Positions 10,026-20,910 of a stretch of DNA of 64,000 nt are shown piece by piece. Every line of letters starts with the position of its first letter. The stretch's first letter is position 1. A program made the position numbers and the translations under genes. The notes below the pieces were generated by a model that made no database searches, was not told where the DNA came from, and was given only the letters and a program-made list of their open reading frames with translations. The DNA comes from Tubiluchus corallicola (lineage: Eukaryota > Animalia > Priapulida). The DNA is taken from the NCBI GenBank assembly GCA_030141605.1, contig JAQGDQ010000347.1:66617-130616 (forward strand). The letters are read 5' to 3'.

Positions 10026-11606
10026 TTAATAACCGAGATTTTGTTCCAGTTTTGTGTTAGCCGTTATATCAGCAGCGGGTATAGGGAATAAATCGTATGT
10101 GGAACTTACCGACTTGCCATCCTTTACCCCTCCTTTCCATGGCCACATGTAATCTGTATCAGAAAACTTTCCAAAACGTATTAAATCAGTTCTTCTGTGA
10201 CACTCCCAATAAAGCTCTCTGGCCCGCTCATCCAAAATAAAATCGAGCGTAAGATCATCTTGATTTATATTACCAGAACTATTTCCATAAGCTCTTGCTC
10301 GCAGAGCATTGATATAACCCTCCGCATAACCTAAACGACCTTCTGCTCCTCCCCTTAGTACAGCTTCTGCGTACATAAGGTAGACATCAGCCAGACGAAA
10401 CATAGGGAAATCGGTGTCAGGAAACTTAGCGGATGAACCAATACCGCCAGAGGAAACTTTATTGGTAAACTTCACGACCGAATACCCATGGTTAAAATTA
10501 TGTATATCTTCTATCTCCAAGGTTTTACCATCATGAAAGAACAGATACCGCTTATCATCAGGAGAGGTTGGAGGTGTAGTTGTAAACTTATCTATCAACG
10601 CTTTTGTTGTTCTTGTTCCACCCCAGCCACCTTCAACACCATATTCTACAGGATCCATATTCCCACCTATAGCACTGGCAATAATATACAAAGTTCCTCC
10701 CCATGTTTGTGTTCGCAACCCATCGAACCTTATGGGAAATATAATCTCATTTTGTGCTCCATTGATATCATTATCTGCCATAAAAAGGTCTGCATAGTTG
10801 CTGTGTAAGGAGTAACCACTTTCTATTATTTTATTCAAATACGTTATTGCCTCTGAGTATTTCCCTGCACCTACATAAACCTCAGCATTTAAATAGAGCT
10901 TAGCAAGCAACATCCAGGCAGCCGCCTTATCTGCCCTGCCATAAGCTACCTGCTGAGGAGCTGAAAGTATCTCCTCTATATCTTTCAACTCAGCCTCTAT
11001 ATAATCAAACAGATCTTCCCTCTCTATCTGTTCCGGAAAAAATGCACTTACTTCGTTATCCTCTGTAACAAAAGGAGGCCTGGCAAAAAGATCTATTGCG
11101 TGCCAATAGCTCAATGCTCTTAAAAACCTTGCCTCTGCTGCGTAAAGAGGAATATCTGTCCACTCCTCAGGAGCTTTTTGGGCCTGCCTTATAAACTCAT
11201 TGCACAGCGTAACCTGATACATAATTCTCTGAAACATTGCTGTAACAAAAGAGTTTTGCGACGTCCAGCTCTGATTGTGAAAATCAGGAAGCCCCTCATC
11301 TGTCCACCCAACTACAGTTTCATCAGTAGGTAATTGCTGATGATTAAAATATACTCTTAAATACGAATAAAAACCTTCATCTAAAACGTCAATATCGCTA
11401 TTCCCGTCAGGCCCTTTCTGGCCGGTAACAGCAAGGCCTGCATAGCACTTGGCTAATACACCCAGATAGACTTCAGGGCTGTCAAACACCTCATCCGTGG
11501 CCTTTATTTTATCGTCTATGGGTACTACTTCTAAATCCTTTAGGCAGGAGCTCAATAGAGCAACTCCCGCAATCACTATCAATAATATAATATTTTTTTG
11601 CTTCAT
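10026..11606 (-). CDS. susD: SusD/RagB nutrient-binding lipoprotein (starch SusD-like)
   Basis: Lipobox LSSC; EARFLRALSY, FRLADVYLMYAEA, ERARELYWECHRRTDLIRFG, QNLGY end. Confidence 0.95.
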   Translation of the reverse strand: MKQKNIILLIVIAGVALLSSCLKDLEVVPIDDKIKATDEVFDSPEVYLGVLAKCYAGLAVTGQKGPDGNSDIDVLDEGFYSYLRVYFNHQQLPTDETVVGWTDEGLPDFHNQSWTSQNSFVTAMFQRIMYQVTLCNEFIRQAQKAPEEWTDIPLYAAEARFLRALSYWHAIDLFARPPFVTEDNEVSAFFPEQIEREDLFDYIEAELKDIEEILSAPQQVAYGRADKAAAWMLLAKLYLNAEVYVGAGKYSEAITYLNKIIESGYSLHSNYADLFMADNDINGAQNEIIFPIRFDGLRTQTWGGTLYIIASAIGGNMDPVEYGVEGGWGGTRTTKALIDKFTTTPPTSPDDKRYLFFHDGKTLEIEDIHNFNHGYSVVKFTNKVSSGGIGSSAKFPDTDFPMFRLADVYLMYAEAVLRGGAEGRLGYAEGYINALRARAYGNSSGNINQDDLTLDFILDERARELYWECHRRTDLIRFGKFSDTDYMWPWKGGVKDGKSVSSTYDLFPIPAADITANTKLEQNLGY

Positions 11607-11625
11607 CACATCTATTTTTCAAAAA

Positions 11626-14595
11626 TTAAAAACTAGCATTTATTCCCAATAAAAATGTTCTTGCCCTGGGATAAACACTCTTATCAATAGCATTCACTTC
11701 CGGATCCAAACCTTTATACGAGGTTATAGTAAAAACATTTTGTGCTGTGCCATAAACCCGCAAACTCAACTTATCTCCTATAAGTTTCTGGAAAGTATAA
11801 CCTGCTGACAAATTATCTAATTTGAAATATGAGGCATTTTGCACAAAATAATCCGACTTATATGTATCTGCAAAGCTGGTTTCAAACCCATTATCTAACC
11901 CTATTTTCAGCAAGTTTTGAGTGTACTGCTGCCCAACATTATAAATATCCTGCTCAATCCCTCTTGTACGCTCCACATTATTATAAAGGTAGTTACCAAA
12001 ACTTGCCCGGGATGTAAAAGAGGCATCCCAATTTTTGTATTGTGCTCTTGAAGATAGTCCGAAGTACACATCTGGAGCTGGACTTTTGTAGTGGTAAAGA
12101 TCTTCTTCATTTATAATACCATCATTATTTCTATCTACATAAAGCCCTTCTATTGGCTTCCCATCCTCACCATAAACCTGTTCATAAACATAAAAACTAC
12201 CTGCAGCATACCCCACACTATGTATCTGGACACTATTTGTTATATGTACATCACCATGCTCTATTCCAACATAACTGGGATCATCCGTTAATGTAAGCTT
12301 CGTTATCTTGTTCCTGTTCATTGTCGCATTAAGACCCACTTCCCAGAAAAAATCTCTCCTGTTATTAAATACTATTCCATTAATAGCAACCTCAAGGCCA
12401 TTATTCTCCAGGTTTCCTACATTTGTCAATATTCTATTTGTCAGATTGGAACCACTGGGGACATTTATTTGATTGATTAAATCTTTCGTCTCTCTTCTAT
12501 AATAATCAATCGTTCCATATATCCTGTTTTTTAGAAAACCATAATCTATCCCAATATTATAGGTTGTAGTCTCTTCCCATTTTAGATTTTCATCATAGCC
12601 ATCAGGCCTGATAGTTGTTATATACTGATCTCCAAACGGGTATTGCACTTTATCATCACCATAAGTATATTTTGCAATGGCAGGATAATCTCCGGAATTA
12701 ATATCCTGTTGTCCGGTAATACCATAACCAAGGCGCAACTTCAAGTTAGACACAAAGTCCACATCTGCCATGAAACTCTCCTCTTTCATCCTCCAAGCAA
12801 AGGCCACAGAGGGGAACAAGCCCCAATGGTTAAGAAACCTGCTCGTTCCATCATATCTTAACGTAGCTGTTAAAAGGTACTTATCAGCATAAGTATAATT
12901 TGCACGGCCAAAAAATGAAATTAAATAATTCTCAGTTTTATTAACTACACTATCCAGTAAGTTTGTACCTAAAGCATTTGTCTTGTACTCATCATCATAT
13001 ACCCAGAAATGTTGCCAGGAGTATCCTCCCATAGCGCTTATCTTGTGCTTATCTATCTCTTTGCTATATGACAAATAACTCTCTAAAAGCTTGCTCTTTT
13101 TCTCCTGTGAATACCTCTTATCAGTCCCTCCAAAATTACTCTCTTCGGTTGTAGGATGGATAGCAAAATCAAAAGCAGCATTTTCAGGTATAAACACTGT
13201 TCCATCTGACTTTGAATAGTCATACCCCAGGTTTAAATGCACACTTAAATCCGGTAAAAAGTGCACCTTATATACCGTCTCTATATTCCCTATAAACCTG
13301 GAAACTTTTGACCTGTCATCTCTTTGCTCTAGCTCGGCAACAGGGTTTGAAGGAGCATCTTTATTAGGTGTGCTACCGCTTGTCCAGGTATAATATCCTC
13401 CCCATTGATTATCCTCCCTAACAGGCTGGGTAGGATCAATCCTAAGAGAATTCCCTGCAACATCAGACTCAGCAAACCTGTTTTTCACAAAAACCCCTCT
13501 GCCGTTAATATTAAACTTCAGATGATCTTCCAAAAAGCTCGGCGTTAGCCCTATTGACCCAGTAGTACGTTTAAACTCCGATGTACTTAAAATACCATCA
13601 ATATCAGAATATCCTACAGAGGCCCTGTAAGGAATATTTTTGTAAGAACCTGTAAGGCTAAGATTATGATCCATACCAAAAGAGGTTCTGTACACCTCAT
13701 CCTGCCAGTCAGTATTGGCATTGCCAAGTAAAGAGTAAGCCTCGCTATCTTCTCCAAACCTGTCTGCAACAAGACTCCTAAACTCATCTGCACTTAAAAC
13801 CTCCAGCATTTTACCCGGAGTATATATGGCCCCATAAGCACTATAGTCTATTTTTAGAGGTGCTCCCTTCTCTCCCTTTTTTGTCGTTATTACTATCACT
13901 CCATTGGAGGCACGCGAACCATAAATAGCAGTAGCCGAAGCATCTTTTAGTATTGTAAAAGATTCAATATCATTAGGATTAATAGAACTTAGCGGATTAC
14001 TCATCCCTTTGACCTCCTTATTATCCAATGGGACCCCATCCAATACAATCAGAGGATCATTTGTGGCAGACAAAGAAGCTCCGCCCCTTATTCTTATTTG
14101 TGTGGCACTACCCGGTTGCCCACTTGCCGCGCTTACCTGAACCCCAGAAACTTTACCAAGCAATAATTCATCTGCAGAAACAATAGACCCATGATTAAAA
14201 TCCTCTTCGGATACCCCTACAACTGAACCCGTAGCATCTTCTTTTTTCTGGGAGCCATAGCCAATAACTAGTACCTGCTCCAAGCTAATGTTGGAAGACT
14301 GTAGCTGGACATTAATAACTCCCCTTGCTCCTACTACCTCCTCCTTGGCATCCATACCTATAAAAGAAAATACCAAAACTGCATCACCTGAGGAAACAGA
14401 TAATGAATAAAAACCATCTATATCAGTAATGGTTCCTGATAAAGTCCCTTTTATAACCACGGACGCTCCTGCCAGAGGCTTTCCATAATCATCCAAAACG
14501 TTACCTGTAACAGCTCGCTCTTGCGAAAAGGCCGGGCTGGTAAATACTACCAACAAAAGCAGTATAAACGGCAACCCAATAAAATGTTTTTTCAT
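11626..14595 (-). CDS. susC: SusC/RagA TonB-dependent transporter
   Basis: RIRGGASL, NPNDIESFTILKDASATAIYGSRASNGVIVITTKKG, LKWEET, terminal Phe. Confidence 0.97.
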   Translation of the reverse strand: MKKHFIGLPFILLLLVVFTSPAFSQERAVTGNVLDDYGKPLAGASVVIKGTLSGTITDIDGFYSLSVSSGDAVLVFSFIGMDAKEEVVGARGVINVQLQSSNISLEQVLVIGYGSQKKEDATGSVVGVSEEDFNHGSIVSADELLLGKVSGVQVSAASGQPGSATQIRIRGGASLSATNDPLIVLDGVPLDNKEVKGMSNPLSSINPNDIESFTILKDASATAIYGSRASNGVIVITTKKGEKGAPLKIDYSAYGAIYTPGKMLEVLSADEFRSLVADRFGEDSEAYSLLGNANTDWQDEVYRTSFGMDHNLSLTGSYKNIPYRASVGYSDIDGILSTSEFKRTTGSIGLTPSFLEDHLKFNINGRGVFVKNRFAESDVAGNSLRIDPTQPVREDNQWGGYYTWTSGSTPNKDAPSNPVAELEQRDDRSKVSRFIGNIETVYKVHFLPDLSVHLNLGYDYSKSDGTVFIPENAAFDFAIHPTTEESNFGGTDKRYSQEKKSKLLESYLSYSKEIDKHKISAMGGYSWQHFWVYDDEYKTNALGTNLLDSVVNKTENYLISFFGRANYTYADKYLLTATLRYDGTSRFLNHWGLFPSVAFAWRMKEESFMADVDFVSNLKLRLGYGITGQQDINSGDYPAIAKYTYGDDKVQYPFGDQYITTIRPDGYDENLKWEETTTYNIGIDYGFLKNRIYGTIDYYRRETKDLINQINVPSGSNLTNRILTNVGNLENNGLEVAINGIVFNNRRDFFWEVGLNATMNRNKITKLTLTDDPSYVGIEHGDVHITNSVQIHSVGYAAGSFYVYEQVYGEDGKPIEGLYVDRNNDGIINEEDLYHYKSPAPDVYFGLSSRAQYKNWDASFTSRASFGNYLYNNVERTRGIEQDIYNVGQQYTQNLLKIGLDNGFETSFADTYKSDYFVQNASYFKLDNLSAGYTFQKLIGDKLSLRVYGTAQNVFTITSYKGLDPEVNAIDKSVYPRARTFLLGINASF

Positions 14596-14907
14596 TTGTT
14601 TATTCAGTTTGTTTTCAATTAATTAGACAAAATCAATAATATAAAACTATTACTCATAACATGTTAAAAAACTTTTGCTCCCACCAATAAATACAAAGTA
14701 TTTGCAAATAGCTTTTTAACCATGCCTACCTCACAATTTTACAGCGCCGATTTGAGACTAGTAAAAAGTTATTGAGACACAATATACACATATATTAACA
14801 TAAATTTATATTTATTTTGAAATTTATTTTGAAATTCATCCTGATATACCAACTCTAGCAGTGCACCACATTTTTCAACCGGCTAAAGCTTTATAATGAA
14901 GCACAAT

Positions 14908-15048
14908 AAGATCTTTACAGATCGAAACAATTTGGCTCAGACCAAAAATATAACCCAGTAAAAACCCGCAGCTTGCTGACGTAAATGAGGAACTTGAAGA
15001 GGACTCTCACGAAAATATTAATAAAAAGATGAATTTTGAAAAAATCTC
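14908..15048 (+). repeat. MITE-like repeat family A, full copy
   Basis: Core AAAACCCGCAGCTTGCTGACGTAAATGAGGA; right end GAAAATATTAATAAAAAGATGAATTTTGAAAAAATCTC. Confidence 0.8.
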
Positions 15049-15120
15049 ATCATACTACCGTCCAAACCTGCCTGCACTAAAAAGCATACCTAATCAAGCC
15101 CCCTGTTTTATAAAAACTGT

Positions 15121-15128
15121 TATATTTG
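15121..15128 (+). promoter_or_regulatory. -7 promoter element of tRNA-Arg (TATATTTG)
   Basis: Exact TAnnTTTG ending 20 bp before the tRNA. Confidence 0.75.
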
Positions 15129-15147
15129 CACTGTTTTAGAATTAGAT

Positions 15148-15221
15148 GGACCCGTAGCTTAATTGGATAGAGCACCTGACTACGGATCAGGAGGTTAGGG
15201 GTTCGACTCCCTTCGGGTTCA
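15148..15221 (+). tRNA. tRNA-Arg (anticodon ACG), CCA not encoded
   Basis: Acceptor GGACCCG/CGGGTTC; anticodon arm CCTGA-CTACGGA-TCAGG; T-loop GGTTCGACTCC. Confidence 0.97.
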
Positions 15222-15225
15222 CTCG

Positions 15226-15268
15226 AAAGAGGGCATTTAGTCGTTTTGGCTGCTTGTCCTCTTTTTTT
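15226..15268 (+). terminator. Intrinsic terminator after the tRNA
   Basis: Stem AAAGAGGGCA...TGTCCTCTTT followed by a T-run. Confidence 0.65.
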
Positions 15269-15783
15269 GCCCACACCTTTCTCCTTTCTTACCGTGACCC
15301 TAACTGCACTTATACATCTTTTAAGGTTTAAAGCTGTATTAGCAGAAAAGAATATATTATCTAAAGAGCTTTTAACCAGACACATAGATAAAAAAAGGAT
15401 CTACTGCTTCAAAATGTTGTGCTAATGATGTTCAGCCTCCTGTTAAAGTTTAATGTTATTTGTTTTGCCAACAATATTCAAGTATCAGATTTTGAGATAG
15501 TAATAGGCAGTTTGTTGATCATAAACTAGCTAGCTCAAATGGCTCAATTGACGCTCGTAAGCATCAATTCCGGTTCAAATCGCCTATTCAGGGAAAAGAA
15601 GCCCAACTGATAAGGCATAATATGAACAGTTCATATTATGTAGTAAACTAAAAAATTAATGATACAAAATACTAATTTATGTTAAATTATACCTATATTT
15701 AAGCTATAATTACTGTTTGAAAGCTTAGTGCAGTTAAACCCTGTGCTAATCAATACACTATATTGCTAAACAACATTAAAAAA

Positions 15784-16284
15784 ATGAAGAGAAAAATTTC
15801 TACAATCATTGCTTTATTGATCACTACTTTTAGCTATTCGCAGAATGATTCAAGCTTAGCCATTGAGAAAGATAATAACTTAAAGATCAATGTTTTCTAT
15901 TTATTAGCCGGATTTCCAGAATTCTCTTATGAGAGAATATTAGATGAGAATTCCGCAGTTGGAGTTTCATTAGCTTTTACTATAGACGATTATCTTATTG
16001 ATAACTATAACTTTATTCTGTCACCTTACTATCGACTTTATTTTGGAAATAAAAGAGCAGCTGGATTTTTTATGGAGACCAATGGAGCAGTGTTTTCGGA
16101 AAAATATGATAAAAAGAAAAATGAAATAGGCGCAGGTATAGGTTTTTCCATTGGCGTAAAACTTCTAGCAAAAAATAATTGGACTGGAGAATTATCTTTT
16201 GGATTTGGGAGAAATTTTATAAATACAGACAAAATCAATGATTTTTATTTGAGAAATAGTATAACATTCGGAAAACTATTTTAA
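15784..16284 (+). CDS. Small outer-membrane beta-barrel protein (DUF3575-like)
   Basis: Signal peptide MKRKIST...SYSQ; NNLKINV, FSYERIL, PYYRLYFG; terminal Phe. Confidence 0.7.
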   Translation: MKRKISTIIALLITTFSYSQNDSSLAIEKDNNLKINVFYLLAGFPEFSYERILDENSAVGVSLAFTIDDYLIDNYNFILSPYYRLYFGNKRAAGFFMETNGAVFSEKYDKKKNEIGAGIGFSIGVKLLAKNNWTGELSFGFGRNFINTDKINDFYLRNSITFGKLF

Positions 16285-16308
16285 AATAACGCGACACAAA
16301 CTACAACT

Positions 16309-16354
16309 GCAATTCTGGGTGTGTCCGGGCGCAGTCGAACACACCCGGAACTGC
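16309..16354. repeat. REP-like palindrome
   Basis: 19-bp imperfect inverted repeat GCAATTCTGGGTGTGTCCG/CGAACACACCCGGAACTGC around a GGCGCAGT loop. Confidence 0.6.
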
Positions 16355-16509
16355 TAAAGTCAATTTTAACCTGAAACTATTGTAAAATAAAAGAATTATA
16401 AGGGAAATATTACAGATAATCATAACTAAAAAGCGGCAGCACTTTTTATAAAAAATTTACTATCTTCGTCACGGCCAGTAGGTCTTTAAAATTTAAGGTA
16501 GAAGGTAAT

Positions 16510-18252
16510 ATGAAAACATTATTAGAATCTATAACAGCTGTACTATTACTTGCTTTTATAATATTGGGGTGTGAAAAAAACCCTCTCTCTGAAGGCAAAG
16601 AGATCACAGACTTTGTATTTAAGACAATTGATAACAACGGACTAAGTGCCGATGTACACCCAGAAGAAATATCAGAGAATAAAATTACATTAGCAGTTCC
16701 CTATGAGACAGATGTAACTAGATTAAGGCCCACAATATCAATAACAGGAGTATTCGTCAGTCCGATAAGTGGTACGCCAAACAACTTCACATATGAACCT
16801 ATTTACACGGTAACAGCAGAAGATGGCAGCGTGAAGCATTATACTATAATAGTTGTACCAAAACCCTTTTTCAATATATTGAGTTATCATGTAAAAGGCA
16901 ATCGCATAGGAGCAGGTGATTTTGAGACGGTAAACCTGTTTGAAATAAGTGGTATAGAAGTTGACGGTACTTATAATTATACATTGAAGATAGCAGATAA
17001 GGAGGAGTGGAATGGCTCATTAGAGATAGTAGGTGGTAAAGCCATAATAACCAACCGTCTTTCTGTTGAAGATTGGAACTCTATACCAGAAGGAGAGATT
17101 ACTATTGTGTTAACCATAGCAGATGAACAATTTAACTATAGTATTACCAAAGAGCAGTATAAGATAAAGAGTTGGCAGGATTTACAGGGGATGAAGTATG
17201 ATTTAGAAGGCGATTATATCTTGGAGAATGACATATCTCTACCTGATCCTTCCATAACGGACGGAGATTTCCCAGAGGAGCTTCCTGCAGAAGGTTTCGA
17301 CCCTGTGGGTGATTTTAATGATAGATTTACAGGCTCATTTGATGGAGGTAATTACGTAATAAGCAATTTCTTTATAAATAGGGACAAGGCTTATGTAGGT
17401 TTGTTTGGTTGTTCTAATGGTGCAACTATAAAGAATGTGGGTATAGAAACATCAGCAGGCGGTGTGATGGGTAAGTTTCATGTCGGCGGCTTGGTGGGGT
17501 GGGACGATTGGGGCACTATTACCAACAGTTATGTTGCTGGTAGTGTAACAGGAGATACATTCAATATTGGTGGCCTGGTGGGGTATATTCGAAATGGCAC
17601 TATTACCAACAGTTATGCTACGAGTAGTGTGACGAGCATGAAGAATGGTGAAAATGTTGGAGGCTTGGTGGGAAGTGGCAACACTGAAGTCGCTATTACC
17701 AACAGCTATGCTACGGGTAGTGTGACGGGGGGAGACAAAGCTGGGGGCTTGGTAGGGTATGGCGCTGTAGTCGCTATTGCCAACAGCTATGCTACGGGTA
17801 GTGTGGAGGGAAACCAGTATGTTGGCGGCCTGGTAGGGTATGGCGCTGTAGTCGCTATTGCCAACAGCTATGCTACGGGTAGTGTGACGGGGGGTAACGA
17901 TGTTGGCGGCCTGGTGGGTCTTAGCAATGGCACTATTACTGCGAGTTATGCTACTGGGAATGTGACGGGAGCTAATGCTGGTGGCCTGGTGGGGAATAAT
18001 AACTATACCATTATTGCCAACAGCTATTGGGATAAGGCCAGTACAGAACAAGATGATTCTGATGGTGATGGTGGGACGGGTGTTTCCTCAGGAGCTAACT
18101 TGAAGCAAGAAGGAGATAAGTATATAGATAAAGAAGAAGATGGCACTGGCACCGACGAGGTTTTTGTTGACTGGAAGTTTGGTACAGATGATGATAATCC
18201 CTGGAAGTGGCTGGGAGAAGGTAAATGGCCTATTTTACATTGGGCAAAGTAA
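16510..18252 (+). CDS. Surface lipoprotein with DUF5018/Ig-like N-domain and GLUG repeats
   Basis: Lipobox ILGC; YTVTAEDGSVKHY; repeated GGLVG...NSYATGSV motifs; upstream TATCTTCG at 16461. Confidence 0.85.
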   Translation: MKTLLESITAVLLLAFIILGCEKNPLSEGKEITDFVFKTIDNNGLSADVHPEEISENKITLAVPYETDVTRLRPTISITGVFVSPISGTPNNFTYEPIYTVTAEDGSVKHYTIIVVPKPFFNILSYHVKGNRIGAGDFETVNLFEISGIEVDGTYNYTLKIADKEEWNGSLEIVGGKAIITNRLSVEDWNSIPEGEITIVLTIADEQFNYSITKEQYKIKSWQDLQGMKYDLEGDYILENDISLPDPSITDGDFPEELPAEGFDPVGDFNDRFTGSFDGGNYVISNFFINRDKAYVGLFGCSNGATIKNVGIETSAGGVMGKFHVGGLVGWDDWGTITNSYVAGSVTGDTFNIGGLVGYIRNGTITNSYATSSVTSMKNGENVGGLVGSGNTEVAITNSYATGSVTGGDKAGGLVGYGAVVAIANSYATGSVEGNQYVGGLVGYGAVVAIANSYATGSVTGGNDVGGLVGLSNGTITASYATGNVTGANAGGLVGNNNYTIIANSYWDKASTEQDDSDGDGGTGVSSGANLKQEGDKYIDKEEDGTGTDEVFVDWKFGTDDDNPWKWLGEGKWPILHWAK

Positions 18253-18285
18253 TTAAAAACAGGACTTAAAAAAGCGACAAGTGTG

Positions 18286-18339
18286 TTTCTGGCTGTTAAT
18301 TACTAATAATATTAACAATATGTAATCAACGGTCAGAAA
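18286..18339 (+). terminator. Long hairpin 3' of the GLUG gene
   Basis: TTTCTGGCTGTTAATTAC pairs with GTAATCAACGGTCAGAAA (two G-U pairs, one mismatch). Confidence 0.45.
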
Positions 18340-18470
18340 ACAATACACAATATTCGTGTAAAAGGGCACCTGCCTTCGCAGGTATGACATATTAAATGCC
18401 CCCTCTTAAAAATGTCATATTTCTTAGCGACTTCCTGAATGACACCCCTTTCTTGAAGCACTTCGGGAAC

Positions 18471-18681
18471 TACTTTTGTTTTGGGTTTCGCCAGGAAAAA
18501 CTGCCCTTAAAGGATTTTGATAGAAAAACAGCAAAAGGCGGAGCGAAAAATCTTCTCACTCTCTGAGCCTTTTACCAAAAGGCCAGTTTTGAGAAGATAG
18601 CGAAACCGAAAGAGTAAACTTTCATCAAAACCCATTTACAGACTTGGCTTCTTGCCTCTTTTGTATCAAAACAAAAGAACG
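18471..18681. repeat. Nested palindromic repeat family B
   Basis: Nested inverted repeats TTTTGATAGAAA/TTTCATCAAAA, TCTTCTCA/TGAGAAGA, GCCTTTT/AAAAGGC; homologous to 29551-29646. Confidence 0.65.
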
Positions 18682-19109
18682 TAAAAAAAACATGTACAAA
18701 CTTGATCTTTTACCTATAGGAATTTATTATACTCCAGATCAAAACATACAATCTCAGCAAAAATTAACTCTTAAAGGAGGGCTTAATTATAGTTTCCCCA
18801 TAAAAAAGAGTGATAAATTTATAACTTTAGCACAGAAAGGAATCGGTTTCACATGGGAAGTGGTGAGAAACCCAGAGATCTATTTGCAAATACTGATTGG
18901 CTGATACGCTAATTGACATGATGACAACATTTGCCAATTAATCTGACTACAAACTATCTAATAATTTAGACAAAGATAGCTATAGTACTTTACAGGGTTC
19001 ACTTGGCAGCAATTGCGAAGAACCTGCAAGGCCTCCTATAACTCACCATGCTCTTAGTAGATGTTACCGCAATAAAATAATATACGACTTATTTAAAACA
19101 ATTTATATA

Positions 19110-20624
19110 ATGAGACTTGTAACACTGTTTCTTACTCAAAAAACTTTGTTGAGAACACCCAGTAATATTAGAAAACATATAAGCATTACTATTTCTCTTC
19201 TCTTATTTTCTTTGCATGCCTTAACTTCAAACAGACCTAACGTCTTATTTATCTGCGTAGATGACCTTCGTGCAGAACTTGGATGTTATGGGAGCTCGCA
19301 TATCCATTCTCCAAATCTCGATAAACTGGCTGGCGAAGGCTTTTTGTTCACAAACCATTTTGTAAATATTCCAACCTGTGGAGCATCGCGCCACTGCTTG
19401 CTAACTGGGCAGTTACCTATATCTATTAATCACCTGAAAAATAGCATTACTGCTGAAACAACATCTAAGCAGAAGGAAAAAGAAGTTCCTGAAACGTTCA
19501 TCCACCACTTTAAACGCAATGGTTACTATACTGTAGGTATTGGAAAAATCAGCCATCACCCGGATGGATTACTTTATGGATACATGGAACCTAAAAGTGA
19601 TATACCAGAGCTTCCATATAGTTGGGATGAAATGCTGCTCGATGATGAAAAATGGGGCTCAGGGCATAATGCTTTTTTTGGTTATGTCGATGGCACAAAC
19701 AGAAATGCCCGAAACAGAGAAGTTAAACCTTATGAGTGTGCTGATGTGGAAGATGAAGCATACCCTGATGGTTTGATTACAAAGCTAGCTATTAAAAAAC
19801 TGAATGAGTTAAAAGAACGAAACCAACCCTTTTTTCTTGGTGTCGGATTTTTTAAACCACATCTTCCTTTTAATGCTCCCAAAAAGTACTGGGATCTATA
19901 CGACGAAAATAAATTGCCATTAGCTCCTTTTGCCGGCATTCCTGAAAAATCATCAAAAGCAAGATTGCACGGTAGCAATGAGCTTAACGGATATAAAAAA
20001 GGAACAGAAAAAGCATCTTTAAATGCTCCGGTTTCTGACCAATATGCCAGAAAATTGCGCCATGCATATTATGCTTGTGTGAGCTACGTGGACACTCAAA
20101 TTGGGAAAGTGATCTCCGAGCTCAACCGTCTGGACTTGGCAGATAATACCATAATCATTGTGTGGGGCGACCACGGTTGGCACCTAGGCGATCATTTGGT
20201 GTGGGGAAAACATACCATTTTTGAATGGGCATTAAAAAGTGCTTTCATCATGAAAGCTCCGGACAAAAAAGGTGGAAAAACAATTGAAAAGATTGTAAGT
20301 ACAACCGATATTTATCCAACTTTGATGGAACTTTGTGACATAGAAACAACACACTCACTTGATGGGGAAAGCCTGGCAAACCTTCTGATAAGCCCTCACG
20401 AAGAATCTTGGAGGAATACAGCATATAGCTATTTCCGCAGTGGAATTTCACTACGTACCGACCGGTATAGGCTTAATGGATATTTCAAGGGGGAAACGCC
20501 TGTTTTTGAATTGTATGACCATTTAAAAGATCCATACGAAACAAAAAATATTGCTGCAAAAAAGCCAGAAGTTGTAGAACAACTTCTACCGCTGTGGGAA
20601 AAAGGAAACACAGGGCTTTATTAG
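19110..20624 (+). CDS. Formylglycine-dependent sulfatase (iduronate-2-/choline-sulfatase-like)
   Basis: PNVLFICVDDLR, CGASR signature, GKISH, FKPHLPF, GDHGWHLG. Confidence 0.92.
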   Translation: MRLVTLFLTQKTLLRTPSNIRKHISITISLLLFSLHALTSNRPNVLFICVDDLRAELGCYGSSHIHSPNLDKLAGEGFLFTNHFVNIPTCGASRHCLLTGQLPISINHLKNSITAETTSKQKEKEVPETFIHHFKRNGYYTVGIGKISHHPDGLLYGYMEPKSDIPELPYSWDEMLLDDEKWGSGHNAFFGYVDGTNRNARNREVKPYECADVEDEAYPDGLITKLAIKKLNELKERNQPFFLGVGFFKPHLPFNAPKKYWDLYDENKLPLAPFAGIPEKSSKARLHGSNELNGYKKGTEKASLNAPVSDQYARKLRHAYYACVSYVDTQIGKVISELNRLDLADNTIIIVWGDHGWHLGDHLVWGKHTIFEWALKSAFIMKAPDKKGGKTIEKIVSTTDIYPTLMELCDIETTHSLDGESLANLLISPHEESWRNTAYSYFRSGISLRTDRYRLNGYFKGETPVFELYDHLKDPYETKNIAAKKPEVVEQLLPLWEKGNTGLY

Positions 20625-20648
20625 AAGTTAAGTAGTTATTTTAAACAC

Positions 20649-20910
20649 ATGAAAATATTTGACATTACTATGCACTGCTTTATTTCTCACATGTTGTACT
20701 AATGAAAAAATAAGCAATAAAAAAAATGTCCTCCTTATCACATCTGATGATAAAGACTTTGGTTTTTACGGCTATAAATACCCGAAAACTTCTCACCTTG
20801 ACCAGTTGGTTTCCGCAAGTGACCGGACATAAGTAGTTTTTATGCCGCTCCTCTGCACTACTACCCTTTTGAACATTATAACAGAAATATGACAATATGG
20901 CTTAATGGCA
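20649..20910 (+). pseudogene. Decayed second sulfatase (lipoprotein)
   Basis: After a frameshift near ATG 20649 reads LTLLCTALFLTCC...KKNVLLITSDD..FGFYGYKYPKTSHLDQL; stop at 20830-20832; then LCRSS and IITE*QYGL remnants. Confidence 0.7.

Noticed and set aside
15077-15385. 102-aa ORF
   Set aside because: Overlaps tRNA-Arg antisense and its terminator
17452-18051. 199-aa repetitive minus-strand ORF
   Set aside because: Mirror of the GLUG repeats on the coding strand
18369-18389. CCTGCCTTCGCAGGTATGACA mini-hairpin as an ncRNA
   Set aside because: Single short REP-like remnant; too little evidence for a gene call
18644-18904. 86-aa ORF
   Set aside because: Begins inside repeat family B and has no recognisable domain; a small gene cannot be excluded
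18995-19003. attR-like copy of the tRNA 3' end (GGGTTCACT, matching 15215-15223)
   Set aside because: Only 9 bp and no integrase nearby; compatible with chance
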